Assembly: GCA_024704765.1 (NCBI GenBank)
Contig: JAKMXF010000122.1
Span: 761,489 to 825,488 of the forward strand
Source: Oopsacas minuta
Lineage: Eukaryota > Animalia > Porifera
Reading direction: 5' to 3'
DNA length: 64,000 nt
This document shows, piece by piece, positions 24,373 to 37,305 of the stretch (positions are counted from its first letter, which is position 1; every line of letters begins with the position of its first letter). The position numbers were made by a program, and so were the translations under genes. Under the pieces are notes generated by a model. That model saw nothing but the letters and a program-made list of their open reading frames with translations. It did no database searches and was not told where the DNA came from.

Positions 24373-25458
24373 ATGGCAGAAGTGATAGATCCAGAGGTAG
24401 AGTACAAGTCTCACGTCTCTCTTCTATCCAAGGCATCTAGCTCCATGATCCCGTTTGCTCGCAACTCTCCTACTCTACTTTGGGAGAATCAGGAGATATT
24501 CAGACTCAAAGAAATGTCATATTATTCGATTGATGGTTCTAACCAGAAGATAGAGAATAAGATTGACTTCTCTCATGATATAGAATTGATGAAGTTATCT
24601 ACTAAAGTTTATGGTGGTGATACAGTGGATCTTTATGAACAGGAATACAATAAGTTCTGTACTGAAATAATTCAAAAGGAATCTCAGGTCATGTCTTTAG
24701 AAGTGAATAATGAATCTTGTTTAGCAATGGCTCGTAGGTATAGTGATTTTGGTGAGGAGCCCTTAGTGATGGATTTGGCAGAGAGGAATGCAAAACATGT
24801 GTGTGGATCTTGGAATTCTTATTACGTAGGTTCACAAGAGGAAGCAATAGAGAGGCAATCTGTCTTCTTGAGATATGCTCTAGACCCTAAACTAAATGCA
24901 ACTCTATCAGCACAGCTATCTATCCTTACTCCTGGTTCTCCAATCAAGCATCACATCCCTGAATACGGAGCTCTGCTAGTTCAGCATGTGCCTATTATTC
25001 GAGACAGAGATATGCGTCTGAGTAGAGACTGGTGGAAGTGTGGAGTTATTGCTATAGGAGCTCCTGATCTGAGACTGAAGGCTTTCAGAGAAACTGATTT
25101 CAGTAAGTTCTCTGACTCTAGCGGAGTATCAAAGGCTAAGCACTACTTCTCTATACGAGGAGCAGCTCCTGAACTGCACATGGAAGAATTGAGATTATCT
25201 CTTAAGAGGAAGATACGCATTTCCTTGGTTGCAGCTGTGAGTAGAGGTTATCTGGATATTGTGTTGGGAGCTCTGGGCTGTGGAGCCTACAGAAATCCTA
25301 TTGATGAGGTAGCCACTTGTTTTGCACAAGTGCTAGGAGAGAAGGAATTCAGAAATAATTTCAGGAGAGTAGGGTTTGCTGTATTGGGAGATCCTACATT
25401 CTCTCTATTCAGACAGTACTTTATGACTGAATGGGAGGCTCAGAATAGAGACCATTAA
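24373..25458 (+). CDS. Microbial-type poly(ADP-ribose) glycohydrolase (DUF2263 / TIGR02452 family macrodomain), intronless, 361 aa
   Basis: Catalytic GSQEEAIERQS (family consensus AQEE.L.RSS), VIAIGAPDL and IVLGALGCGAYRNPIDEVATCFAQVL...FRRVGFAV (family consensus LVLGAWGCG.F.N.P..VA..F). Confidence 0.85.
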   Translation: MAEVIDPEVEYKSHVSLLSKASSSMIPFARNSPTLLWENQEIFRLKEMSYYSIDGSNQKIENKIDFSHDIELMKLSTKVYGGDTVDLYEQEYNKFCTEIIQKESQVMSLEVNNESCLAMARRYSDFGEEPLVMDLAERNAKHVCGSWNSYYVGSQEEAIERQSVFLRYALDPKLNATLSAQLSILTPGSPIKHHIPEYGALLVQHVPIIRDRDMRLSRDWWKCGVIAIGAPDLRLKAFRETDFSKFSDSSGVSKAKHYFSIRGAAPELHMEELRLSLKRKIRISLVAAVSRGYLDIVLGALGCGAYRNPIDEVATCFAQVLGEKEFRNNFRRVGFAVLGDPTFSLFRQYFMTEWEAQNRDH

Positions 25459-25848
25459 AGAAAATATGTTGTAATTATTGTTTGCTGTATTTTAGCTTTA
25501 TCCATTGAGTCTGGTATTACACTACTATCTTTTATTGGAATTCGTACGTAGCATATCTCATTCTCTATATTGAAGTATGCTTTTAGTGGAAATGTTGCAG
25601 GGTATTAGAGAATTGAGTTTGTACGCGTATACACGAACTTTCCGGGTGTACAGGTACACACGATACAATTTCAGTATATTAGAAAACTCAAATGTATGTG
25701 GATCATTAAAATATGTTTGATCTACGGGGATAGTATTGTAACGCTTTGAATTTTCCCTAACGAGACAGTTATATTCAATTCTACCTGGCCCTAATGCATG
25801 CGTACATCTTGGTTATTGGTACTTAGAGGAAGCGATTAGCAAGCTATA

Positions 25849-26761
25849 CAGTCAGGGGACAAAAGTATTCGACCACACAAATATATTGTCATAAATTGTA
25901 TACTCTTTCCCGCTCCTATATATTGTGTAGTCTATATTCGTAGCTGCTATCTAGTAATTTGTATAGAATAACATATGTTTTTCAAGAATTTCAAAAAAAT
26001 ATTTTCGATTTACACTTTTTGAAGGTGTTAATTATAATAATTATTAGATAATTATTGATAATCAAAATATGTGGTAATTCAAAGCCTATTAAGAATCTAT
26101 AATTTCTGACTTGATATTTGAATTCTACGTAGGCGAGTTACCCCAGATTGAAATTTCCAATCGGATTGAACAATTTTTACCAGAGTTATAGATGAAGTTC
26201 AATTTGTGCCATTTGTGCCACCTTTTGCCCAAGGTGGCACAAGTGGCCGCTACCAAGAGGTTATTTTGGCATTCAAGGGTTAGCATAGTCATATCATTCG
26301 AAAATATTACTTCGACTTATCCCTCCTAACCCTAGTTGATTTCCTTGTAGTGGCGCTTTTCTTGCCACCTGTACCACTTTTTCAAAAAGTGGCACAAGTG
26401 GGACAAATTGAAATTCTTTTATAACTCTGGTAAAAATTGTTCAATCCGATTGGAAATTTCAATCTGGGGTAACTCGCCTACGTAGAATTCAAATATCAAG
26501 TCAGAAATTATAGATTCTTAATAGGCTTTGAATTACCACATATTTTGATTATCAATAATTATCTAATAATTATTATAATTAACACCTTCAAAAAGTGTAA
26601 ATCGAAAATATTTTTTTGAAATTCTTGAAAAACATATGTTATTCTATACAAATTACTAGATAGCAGCTACGAATATAGACTACACAATATATAGGAGCGG
26701 GAAAGAGTATACAATTTATGACAATATATTTGTGTGTTCGAATACTTTTGTCCCCTGACTG
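25849..26761. mobile_element. Tc1/mariner-type foldback MITE, 913 bp, with near-perfect TIRs of about 340 bp
   Basis: CAGTCAGGGGACAAAAGTATTCG ... CGAATACTTTTGTCCCCTGACTG with TA on both flanks. The arms at 25849-26190 and 26420-26761 are almost identical. Confidence 0.92.
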
Positions 26762-29139
26762 TATATATATATATTTAATAATTATTTGCAACAGGTTTTT
26801 GATCAAATTAGTTAATGTTGTTGCTTCTAAGTTCTATCAATGATTATGTGCATTTAGCTCACAGATTGAACTGTAGTGAAGACATTTACATTATATTGTG
26901 TTAGGATTGCCCCTGGATGTTGTAAAGATGTCTCACTACCTCTTGGTTGTTGGTTTGGAATAGATATATACCTGCTGCATGGGATTCTGATCGGGCTCAT
27001 TAAGGATATTGCTTATAATTGGCCCGCTCCCATGTCATTTATAGCCAGCCACGATCAATTAAGGTCGGCTGTTGTATGTAAATAACCATTCACAGCGTTA
27101 TAGTAACATGCCTGGGAGTTTTAATGACCCACATGCATATTAGTTTCTAATGCACTGAATTAGTATCGTGTGTATGCGTACACACTAATTGTCTAATACA
27201 CTGCCAGGGCAGGATTAAGGGAAGTGGGGGCCCTAAGCCCAGTTTATTGATTGAGTCTCTGTCATAATTTGGATACACTGACACCATATCGTGACAAATT
27301 CATATGAACAATTGATGGCTACTAATTTCCAATTTGAAACTGTATTTAATGCCAGCCCTAGTTTACGCAACCCAATAAGAGCCCCAGATGCATACGTCCC
27401 GAAACTGTGGTTATCCAAAAGTTGAGGGCCAGTATCTGAGCGGGATTTCTGGTGTGGGATAATCATCCATCAGGGTTCTGGGGAGGTCACCTCAGTGGGG
27501 TCTAGGTGTGCAACCCGAGTAAGACAAGCTATAATTAGAACGTATGAAATTAGTTCCCTTTGTATTGTCACATGACTTTCATACTTGTACATACGGTTAC
27601 TGCCCCATAACCGTCAGTACTTAGATCAATTCAAGGTATTTGCGAGGGTATATACGGAGTATAGACCTAGGACATTAGTATTGTGCGGTCATTGATCGCA
27701 CAATCAGGATCTGTTTTTGACTATTTTCGATCTTTTTAGGCAGACTGAACTTGAAAATTTGCGAATCTATACTCCAAAATGTATAAAAATGTATGTGCTA
27801 ATTTTCATGACAATCGGACTGGTAGATTTCGCACTGCCGCAGGTAATAGAGCATCTCCGTATATAAGGTGCTTATAAATTTCAGAAAAGTGACCGGAATT
27901 AAACTTTCGAAATGTACTCTTAGATCCTATTTTATGAAGTAATAAAATAGGATATAGGAGTACATTTCGAAAGTTTAAACGCTGAATAAGCTGCCAATAT
28001 TCTGTGTTTGGAAGCACTGGACTGTATTGAAGTGTGCCGCTGCGCTGAATCGGATTATTGAGTTATTTATGCATGTATTTTTATTAAATTATATCAAGAA
28101 ATGTGTAACTCAAATTTAATGTAATTCTATTATGAATATTCGAGGCAACAACTAATAATTCATAATCTATTCATCAATGAGGCGATCCGGCTTGCAAATT
28201 TTCCACAAATAATTGGTTCCTCCGACCTCTAGAACTATAGATACTGTTAAAGTTTCAAACGAGCGCTGCATGTATAAATTACACTGCACTGCGCATTGTG
28301 TATTTATCGAATTAGCAGTAGAATTGGATACAATTAGGAATTTTTGAACAATTTAGAACATTTCCAAAGGTTGTATAACTTTTAAGCCCAGTTCGGAAAA
28401 GTTAGGGTCTGCTATACAGCAATAATATGATAACTTTTAATAACTAGAGAGTTGCGGCAGTAGGCCAGGTGCAAATTCCATTACAGCATAAAGTGCTGTT
28501 TAAAATACAAATTATTATTTTGTTAATCATTTACGTAGTAAGATGAGATAACCAACATTCCATGCTGTGATGGTTGTAGACTTTTACCCCAAAGTATAAT
28601 ATCATCTAATGTGAAACCTATACCTTTATCACTACATTAAATTGCTCAGTCTTCCTTCCACTTGTTTGTTATGAGGTATTAGGATAGAATACCTGCACGT
28701 AGACTCAACATAATTTTATGTATTCTAGAATGCCATATTTATATGTTTAACTCTCTATTTCTTTTCATTATTCTGTCTAATATATTGATTGAATATTTAT
28801 AGCAATGATCCAATTGAGTGTTTCTAGGTAATGTATATTTATAAGGGTTATTATTATATGATTCCTTGTTTGGTATGCTTATCTGCTATATTAATCGGGG
28901 AATCTCTTAGATAAATAAAATTGATTTTATGCACTATTCGATGCTTTCTAAATTGAATTCATTTTTCAGTAAGTTGTGTGTGATGTTTATGAAGAATTAT
29001 TTATTTGGTTACTAGGGCACAAACTGTACGCATACGGTGTTAGGGAAATTTAGATATCTTCCAATATCATTTCAAGTTTCAAATCTAACTCTTTCCTAGA
29101 TTTTTACAATTTAATCATAAGGAAATATAGTGAGTTAGT

Positions 29140-30322
29140 GCATAGCCTACTCTATTATAAACCCTACCAACTCTTGTGAATTTTCGACGGGGTGCGGTCG
29201 GAGATGAAGGTATTTTACGTATCGATTCAATATTGCAGAAAGACAGTGCATTTTTGGCCGAATAAATGTATTGATTATTTGTAGAACAATATATTATCAA
29301 CCATTATACCTATGCTAAAAATTCAGGAATGTGTGAAAGTGTGTGTCTAGTAAGCATTTATTTGTTAAAATATGCCATTCTTTGATGCCTTATAGTAGCG
29401 TAAATAATGCATCTTTCATTTCAAAGTGAACATATGAAATGTTCTATAGATACTTTTTGCATAATATCAAAATTTGTCATGATAAAGATAGCTCGTTCTT
29501 GAGTTACTGGAAATTCTATGGATGACGCAATTTGTGAATATCCAATTAGAATTCTATAACGCGAAAGCCATGGTCAAATCAGAATAACCTAATTGTAGTA
29601 AATATACAATTTCCAATACCCTTGTAATACATTTTAATGTGATACCTCTGAATATTATTGCTTAATGTTAAAAATGACCAAATATGGGCAACTTCACGAT
29701 TACGCCAAATTGGTAATAGTAATCACATCATAATATATTACAAGGATATAGGAAGTCTGGTACATACTATAAATGGACTATCCTGATTTTGCAATAATTT
29801 TAATGATTATCGAATTCTAATTGGATATTCATAAAAATGTGTCATCCATGGTATCTCTAGTAACTCAAGAACGAGCTAACTTTATCATGACAAATTTTGA
29901 TATTATGCAAAAAGTATCTATAGAACATTTCATATGTTCACTTTGAAATGAAAGATGCATTATTTACCTATAGGCGCAGCTAGGGGGTTGCTAGGGGTTG
30001 CTAGCAACCCCTGGATTCTTGGGATTTTTTTCCAAAATCTATAGTATTGGGGGTTGCTAGCAACTCCCAAGAGGAAATGCTAGCTAGGCATCAAAGGATG
30101 GCATATTTTAACAAATAAATGCTTACTAGATACACATTTTCACACATTGATGGATTTTTAGCATATAATTGTTGATAAATATTGTTTTACAAATTTATTC
30201 GGGCAAAATGCACCGTTTTCCTACAATATTGAACTTACACGTAAAATACCTTCATCTCCGACCGCATCCCTGGTCCAAAATTCACAAGAGGTTGGCAGGC
30301 CTTGTTTTAGAGTAGGCTATGG
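29140..30322. mobile_element. Foldback element with arms of about 400 bp and a nested MITE
   Basis: 29140-29535 is the reverse complement of 29835-30322 except for an insert at 29968-30086 (GGGGTTGCTAG family). A solo arm-like copy lies at about 1550-1790. Confidence 0.8.
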
Positions 30323-31574
30323 TTAGTAGTATTCGGGATGATATTGTGATGCTTATAGCACTCTATATATATTCAGTGACCTGCTGATCTGATTTAGATC
30401 CAGTGTTTTAGCAATATATAATGCCACTGTTAGTTGGAACATGTTTCAACTCCACCGCCCGCATCTGATTTGGCTACCCTCATTATTTCACTGTTTACTC
30501 AATGTATTTCAATTACAGTAAAACCTCCAAAAGGTGAACACCCTGCCGACCAGCAAAAATGTTCACTTTTCATGATTTATCATGGAGTGTTTTTTCGACA
30601 AACAATGGTAGTAAAATGTGTGAAAGCATTGTACAGGCAAATATGTTGTCTCTTCTGCCCATCGTATGACGAAGCCTCTAGTATATTGTGAAGCCACGTC
30701 ATCAAACATCCTGCTTTCACAGCTAGTGTGATAACAAAGCTGACAGCCTAGTTAAAATCTGGCAAAAACCGGTGTTCACTTTTAAGAGGTCATATCCTAT
30801 GTAATTTACACATTTGGTATCAAATTAAGTGTTCACATTTCACTTTTCAGAGGTGTTCACATTCTAAAGGAATGACTACTATGTAAAACAATGGGAGAAA
30901 TTTGGAACCAATAAAAGTGTTCATATTTTGGAGGTATTCACTTATTGGAGGTTTTACTGTACAAGGTATTTAAACTAGCTAGAGTACAATAGAAGTATCT
31001 TTTACATAGTCTAGCCTATCCTCATATCAAATTTGACTTTAGTAATTATAATATTTTTACCGTGTCGAGTCACTACCCACTATACTTTAGTTTAGGCTCA
31101 GCATTTATCTGGGTGGAAAGTTTTATTGTTTCGTGTCCACTCTAGTGCCCGACACCGTTTATGATAAAGAGCTGAAAATTTGTCAATTAGTTCATTGTGA
31201 CCTGAAGATTTGCACCTCGGTATACGACTTTTGATCTGACACTTTTGTGCCACTTTTAATTTCCCATTGAAATTGTATTAAACTTCTAGAAAATTCCATA
31301 ACTCTCATGTATGCAATTTCGGTTAATTGTAATTTAATTGTCTTGATTTCGAATCTATTTGCTCTGAGTAATTTCACTGTTGTATTTAGGAATATTTATA
31401 TATAAATTCGAATTTTGTAAACAAATATTTTATTGAAAACTGTATATTCTTTTTATTTATCTGTGAACCATAATTATCATTTTAAAATTATATGTATTGC
31501 TAAGTCGGCATGACGTCACGGAATATTAGAATGGTCATAACTCTTGTAATGTTTTTATTCAATTTTGCAACAAG

Positions 31575-31775
31575 CTGCTATTAAAATATATAATTACAAT
31601 CTGTGTTGACAGCTTGATGTATTGGTTAAATTTGTTTAAAGTGGCATTAGTAATTGGAGGCACAATAAAATGAAATTTAACCAAATACACATTGTGCCTC
31701 CAATTACTAGTGCCACTTTAAACAAATTTAAACAATACACTAAGCTGTCGGCACAGATTGTAATTTTATATTTTT
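31575..31775. repeat. Short inverted repeat / hairpin MITE (arms about 85 bp, 24-nt loop)
   Basis: TTTGTTTAAAGTGGCATTAGTAATTGGAGGCACAAT ... ATTGTGCCTCCAATTACTAGTGCCACTTTAAACAAA. Confidence 0.85.
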
Positions 31776-31934
31776 ATGAATGAAGTCAACCAATTTTTCC
31801 ACAGCTGATACCTCATTAATAATGAGATAGTGATAATGAACCGCCCGCATGCATGTTCAGGTTTATAAAATGTGGCGCTGAAGCAATTTTCTCATTAACA
31901 GTGGTCTAATCTTATTTTTCACAATATATTAGTT

Positions 31935-33365
31935 ATGACAGATAGAGTAATTGACCATCCTCCTACTCGCTCAGCTATTCAAGAAGACCTAGACTCTATT
32001 CTTTATACACAGACTAGATGTTGTGACACAGAGCTTTATCTGGGTGGTTATCGCCGTGAGATATTTAATAAGAGTGATTCAACACTTCTAACTCTATTCA
32101 TATGTGCTCACTGTAAGCATGTGCTTCGTGAACCTTTACAAATGAAAGAAAATGGTACTCAGTTTTGCAAAGATTGTCTAAGCCATTTAATGACATTTCA
32201 TTCACAGAAATTTCATTTGTCAGATGCTTTTGAAGATATAGGTGCTAAAAGTAAACTGTCTCGTATTCCTATTTGCTGTCCTTTCATTGACAGAGGATGT
32301 GGATGGAGAGGACCGCTTTCACAAGCTAAAGAACATTTAAAATGTTGTGGTTATTTAAAAATACAATGCTTAAATGAAGGCTGTAAGGTTGTCCGTTTTA
32401 AAAGTCAAATAGGATCACATCAAATGAAGGAATGTTCTTATAGAATTATTCAGTGCAGTCATTGTCATGTTAAATTCCGTGCTGGTCATTGGGATAGACA
32501 CATTAAAACAGAATGTCGCAAGAGTATTTTGATGTGTCCGTATAAATGTGAAGCAAAGATGGAGAGAGGTAAATTACAGATACATATAGACAGTAATTGC
32601 CCTAATGTTACTATTCGTTGTCCTCTTTACAAGTACGGGTGTGTTACTGAGATGGCAAGAAGAGATCTGGGTAAACACATGTCATTACCTCTACAGCATG
32701 TATCTCTATTTACTCAGAGATTTGAGGCTTATGAAAAAGACATTGAAGGTCTGTCTATTAGAAATGATATGTTAGTTGATAAAATTAACGAGTTGGAGGA
32801 TACAGAGTTAGGAGAATTGATGATACAAAATAGATTATTACAGATGGATAATATTATGCTAAAGTGGCAGAGTGAGTTGTTAAACTCTTTATGTGAATTT
32901 GATAATTCTATTAAGAAGAATTATTTCTTATGGAAGATACAGCAATTACATGAAAAGGTAGGAAAAGGAGATACAATACAGAGCAAGGAGTTTACATCAG
33001 AACAAGGTGTCGATTTTCGGTTAGAATTCAAATTTTCTCCATCACTGGAACTGGGTGATGAAGGTTGCATTCAAATCGCAGTTATCGTCACAAATAAACT
33101 TGATTATTCTAAGATATACTTTAAAGGAGATGCTAGTATGACTATCTTAAATCAAAATACAGATCAGGACCATTATTCCCTTCAAATGCTATTAGATCAC
33201 ACCACAGAGAATATTGACTATTCTTCTAAAACAATTGGATGTTATACTATTCCTTACCACGAATTTCTTTACAAAGAAAAATACATTCTGAATAATTGTA
33301 TTATTGTTAAATTCAGAATTGGAAAACTTGTATTTTCACCAAATCCCCTAACACATATTAATTAG
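31935..33365 (+). CDS. TNF receptor-associated factor (TRAF)-family protein: degenerate RING, TRAF zinc fingers, coiled coil, MATH; intronless
   Basis: GGYRREIF, CAHC..LREP..FCKDC, serial C-x-C/H zinc fingers (CPFIDRGCGWRGPL...EHLKCC; CPLYKYGC..HM), and a MATH domain starting FLWKI and ending LNNCIIVKF. Confidence 0.88.
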   Translation: MTDRVIDHPPTRSAIQEDLDSILYTQTRCCDTELYLGGYRREIFNKSDSTLLTLFICAHCKHVLREPLQMKENGTQFCKDCLSHLMTFHSQKFHLSDAFEDIGAKSKLSRIPICCPFIDRGCGWRGPLSQAKEHLKCCGYLKIQCLNEGCKVVRFKSQIGSHQMKECSYRIIQCSHCHVKFRAGHWDRHIKTECRKSILMCPYKCEAKMERGKLQIHIDSNCPNVTIRCPLYKYGCVTEMARRDLGKHMSLPLQHVSLFTQRFEAYEKDIEGLSIRNDMLVDKINELEDTELGELMIQNRLLQMDNIMLKWQSELLNSLCEFDNSIKKNYFLWKIQQLHEKVGKGDTIQSKEFTSEQGVDFRLEFKFSPSLELGDEGCIQIAVIVTNKLDYSKIYFKGDASMTILNQNTDQDHYSLQMLLDHTTENIDYSSKTIGCYTIPYHEFLYKEKYILNNCIIVKFRIGKLVFSPNPLTHIN

Positions 33366-33636
33366 TGTGCGCTCTTTGTTAAACTCATCATCATCACTTT
33401 TCTACTGTTATTACTTGCTTATTATATTATTTACTGATTATTGAAATATTTTGATAAACTAATACATTTTATACAAAGTGAACACTGTCTTTCAGATTTA
33501 CTGCCTGATTGTTGGTCATCCTAAAATCAACCTGTGTTGTGTCTGTCTGTTTATAAGGAGTACCTTTATCAGTCACTTCTTGTTGTCATGAGTATAAGTT
33601 TGATTTTATACCTTATTACCTCGATTAATAGCCGGG

Positions 33637-33846
33637 GTCAGAGGTGCCCGACGGATACAAATCATAATCCAAATCCAATCAGTAATCCATTTGGAGTACG
33701 AACATTAAAATCAAATTCACGAAAATCCATAAATTTCATGGATTTGATGGATTTCTTTAGACTTTAGGGAATCCATATTCATCCCAAATCGATGGGTTTA
33801 ATGGATTTCAAATCCAATATCCATAATCCAATCGGCCCCTCTGGCC
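33637..33846. mobile_element. Small MITE
   Basis: Termini CAGAGGTGCCCGA / TCGGCCCCTCTG with internal AATCC repeats. Confidence 0.5.
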
Positions 33847-35334
33847 GTGGTGATAATTAATTTCAAGCCCCCTTGAGAGGGAAGTTGCGATTTTTGCCAA
33901 CACGTTAATTTCTATATAATCATACCTATGTGCTTACATTATGTGTATTTATCCTAACAAACAGTAGATAAATCAAGATATAGGAATACTCTAAACAAAT
34001 CCGATTAAAATCCCATTCAGCATGTACATTTCGATTGCAAAATCCAATCCAACAAACAGAAGGAAGTTAGACATCGGACAACATCCAGGCACTAATCCAA
34101 GGTGAATTCTTTACTACAACAAATCGAATACTAAACAAAACACACATTGATCAACAAGCAATATATATCATTAACTAATTCGAACTACTGACAACTGTCC
34201 AAATTTCTGTCGAACTAAATGCAGCGTCTCCAAATTTAAATTAATGAATTTAATATCCATGGTTCAAATATATTCAAATTCTTTGGAACTGTTATGACAG
34301 AAATGGACCCATACAAAACTGGTCCCCTTATTTGCTTATTAAATATTTACCGTGGATGTTGGATTTCGTATATCGATTGGTTGTTGTTCTGACTATAGTA
34401 TGACGGTTTAACATTAGCCGTAATTGCGGTTGCAAATGCCTCTAACTATTATCTAACATATGCAGTATGAGTGATTTAGCAGTTATAATATTTCACTTTA
34501 AATGTAATAAAATTATAGAATTATATCATTTGGGATTATCTTTAGTATAGCATTGTATACATCAATGCGCTCGCCATCAGCGTAAATCCTGGGGGGGACG
34601 GGTGGGTCATATCCCCCACTTTTGAATAATTGGGAGGATTTATGGTAATTTAGCATTGATTTTTGCACCAAATTATCAGATTATGAAATTGGTCACCCAC
34701 TTTTGTTTATGGATCTACGCTATTGACGATGGAGCCTATCTAAAATCGGGACCACGGACTATGAAGTGACGTAATATATACATATTGGCAATTCTATTAG
34801 ATTTGCTGATACCATGATTGTACACGTTGCCCAAAGGCTACGTCACAAAATACCTGTAGCTTATTGGCTAAATAATGCTACCAATTTGTAGTATATGTAC
34901 CCGACTTCCCATACCCATGTAATATATTTTATTTCCTATCTCTGATGATTATGACGTAATCTAGCCTGTACCCATACATCGTAATATTCGAGATTACGTT
35001 TAATAACATGAGATAGCATATCAAAATGTATTACAAGGGTATGGGAAGTCGGGTATATATACTATTAATTGGCACCATTATTTGGCCAATAAGTTACAAG
35101 TTGCCTCGTTAGATATAGATGAATATTGGCAGAAAAGTGTCATCCAATGTCACTGCAATACCTCAGGAATATGACAACTTCATTTCAGGCCATTTAGTTA
35201 TAATTCTGGAATCGAAATCGACAAAATAAAACTTCAACAGAGCGTTGTTTTGACAAAAATAGTCCCCTCTGGACCATTCTTGTAGGGGGACCATTTTTGT
35301 CAAAACAAGGTGTGGCATTCTAACTCAGCTCTTT

Positions 35335-37305
35335 TGTTTCAAAATCCACGGATTGCCACCAGCTTGTTATCGTCTTATTAGGTTTCTAACTGAGGTTGCC
35401 TCGGCATTTAATGATTTAGAGCGTCATGTCATACTTCAAATGGATGAAGTCCACATTCGTAGTGATGCGTCTTATAAGGGGGGAGAAGGGTAATCAGATC
35501 GATTGATAATCCTGATGATCCACACACTACTGTGTTTTCTATGGTGGTTTCCAGTTTATCAACCAGGTTCTCCTCTATTGTCCGGTTGATACCTTTGGGC
35601 TCTTCTTCTGCAGAAACTTTATATCCTATTGTTAAATCGACTTTCTGTGATATTGAAGATTGTTGTCTGTTTGTCGAAGCTGTGTGCACAGACAACTATC
35701 CACTCAATGTTCGATTATTCAAATATTCTTCCGCTGATTCGGTATTGCGACCAAAAGTACAACACCCATGCAATCCAGAAATAATTTGATTCTGTTTTTT
35801 TGGTATTGTTCACATCATTAAATCCATCAGGAAGAATTGGTTAAATCTTAAAAATTTGGATAATACATTCATTGGCCCGAAATTCGGTGATTGCCAGTTA
35901 AGTGCACATCCAAAACGAAATATAAGTGACACAAATAAATCTTTTTACGTCTCAATTTCTCGAGCTAGCATTTCGACCATTCAATTTCCCTCTAAATCAA
36001 ATTATCCCGAAATTTGCTATCCACCATTTGAAGACATCCCCAATTTGTCTTAATCTGATAAACGCAATGTCTTGAAGCGAGCACCAAAATTAACAGCGAA
36101 ATCTTGTTGGCCATCTAGGTTAGAACGACAAAATGTTATTTCCGCATTGAAAATTTACCATGAAACATCAGCTGGTCTATTAGCTTGGAAAATGGAAAAT
36201 AACACCTTACACATCAATCAAACAGTAGAATTTCTTGAGCTAATCAATAAAGTGTGGAAAATATTTTATGCAAACTGGGTCGGAGAAAATATACGATTTA
36301 ATGATGAATATTCAGCTCCAATTTACCCCTCAGACTTTCGTTTAACATTTGTGAAAAACGTTGTCTCTTGGTTGAACTGCTAGGTTAATCTGACGTTTAC
36401 ATCTGGAAAGTTAACTGCACAAATCTTTACCAGCTTTAGACATACTTGCGAGGCGTTATCACTTCTAGCTACACAACTTACAGACAACTGAGGCTACCAA
36501 TACCTTCTAACTGCCAGAATCCAGAATGATCCTCTTGAACACCACTTTGGTCTATATAGACACATGTCAGGATCACATTATCAGATTTCCTTTAATCAGA
36601 TATTAGAGATCGAGCGCAGACTCCAACTTTCGAATCTTCTAAAGGTGTTCGATCATAAATATTCTTCTGCGTCTAGCTCTACTGAAGGCACCATTTCTCT
36701 GAAAGAATAACTCAACAGATTTGCTGACGACTATGATTGTATAAATCAGGAACAACTTGATATAGAACATTATCTCACCAAATTGAACGAAATCTCACTT
36801 CCTGAAATAGGAGTCTCCCAAATAGAATGTCTCGTTTATATTGCAGGATATGCAGTCTTTTCTTTCATTAAGAAGTCTAATTGTTGTCAATCTTGTCAAG
36901 GCCTTTAACTTCAGATAAACTTCTCGAAGTTAACAATGATATCGGATCCCAGTATACTTTGATAGACTTAGTGGATAGAGGCTCTCTTAAATATCCTTCT
37001 CGGCATGTGGTGAAATGTGTGAATATCTTGTATGAAACCTTATTCAAATTGACAAGAGTGAGTCCCTAAGCAAGGAATTCTATACTGGACGATCTCGTAG
37101 CTTGTTGGTATTTATATCTATGAGCCTTAGTGAAGATAGATACAGTGATATCTGGAAAGATTGGTGTTTTTGTGGTGTCTGGAATTGGGATATATTGAGG
37201 AAATTGTGCTTAACATGGTCTAATATCATCCTGTCGAAGAGGGTTCGCAATTATAATGTCATGATCTTAAATAGAGATAACACTAAACTAAAACAATATA
37301 CCTAA
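35335..37305 (+). mobile_element. Decayed P-element/THAP9-type transposase (5' THAP domain missing)
   Basis: Translated pieces: ERHVILQMDEVHI, VCTDNYPLNVRLF, F(G)IVHIIKSIRKNWLN, KLTAKSCWPSRLERQNV, QNDPLEHHFGLYRHMSGSHY, VYIAGYAV, GSLKYPS. It carries multiple in-frame stops and frameshifts. Confidence 0.88.

Noticed and set aside
24373-25458. Bacterial contaminant contig as the source of the PARG gene
   Set aside because: The flanks carry the same MITE and Helitron families as the intron-containing genes, and there is no operon or Shine-Dalgarno structure. A local chimera still needs read-level exclusion.
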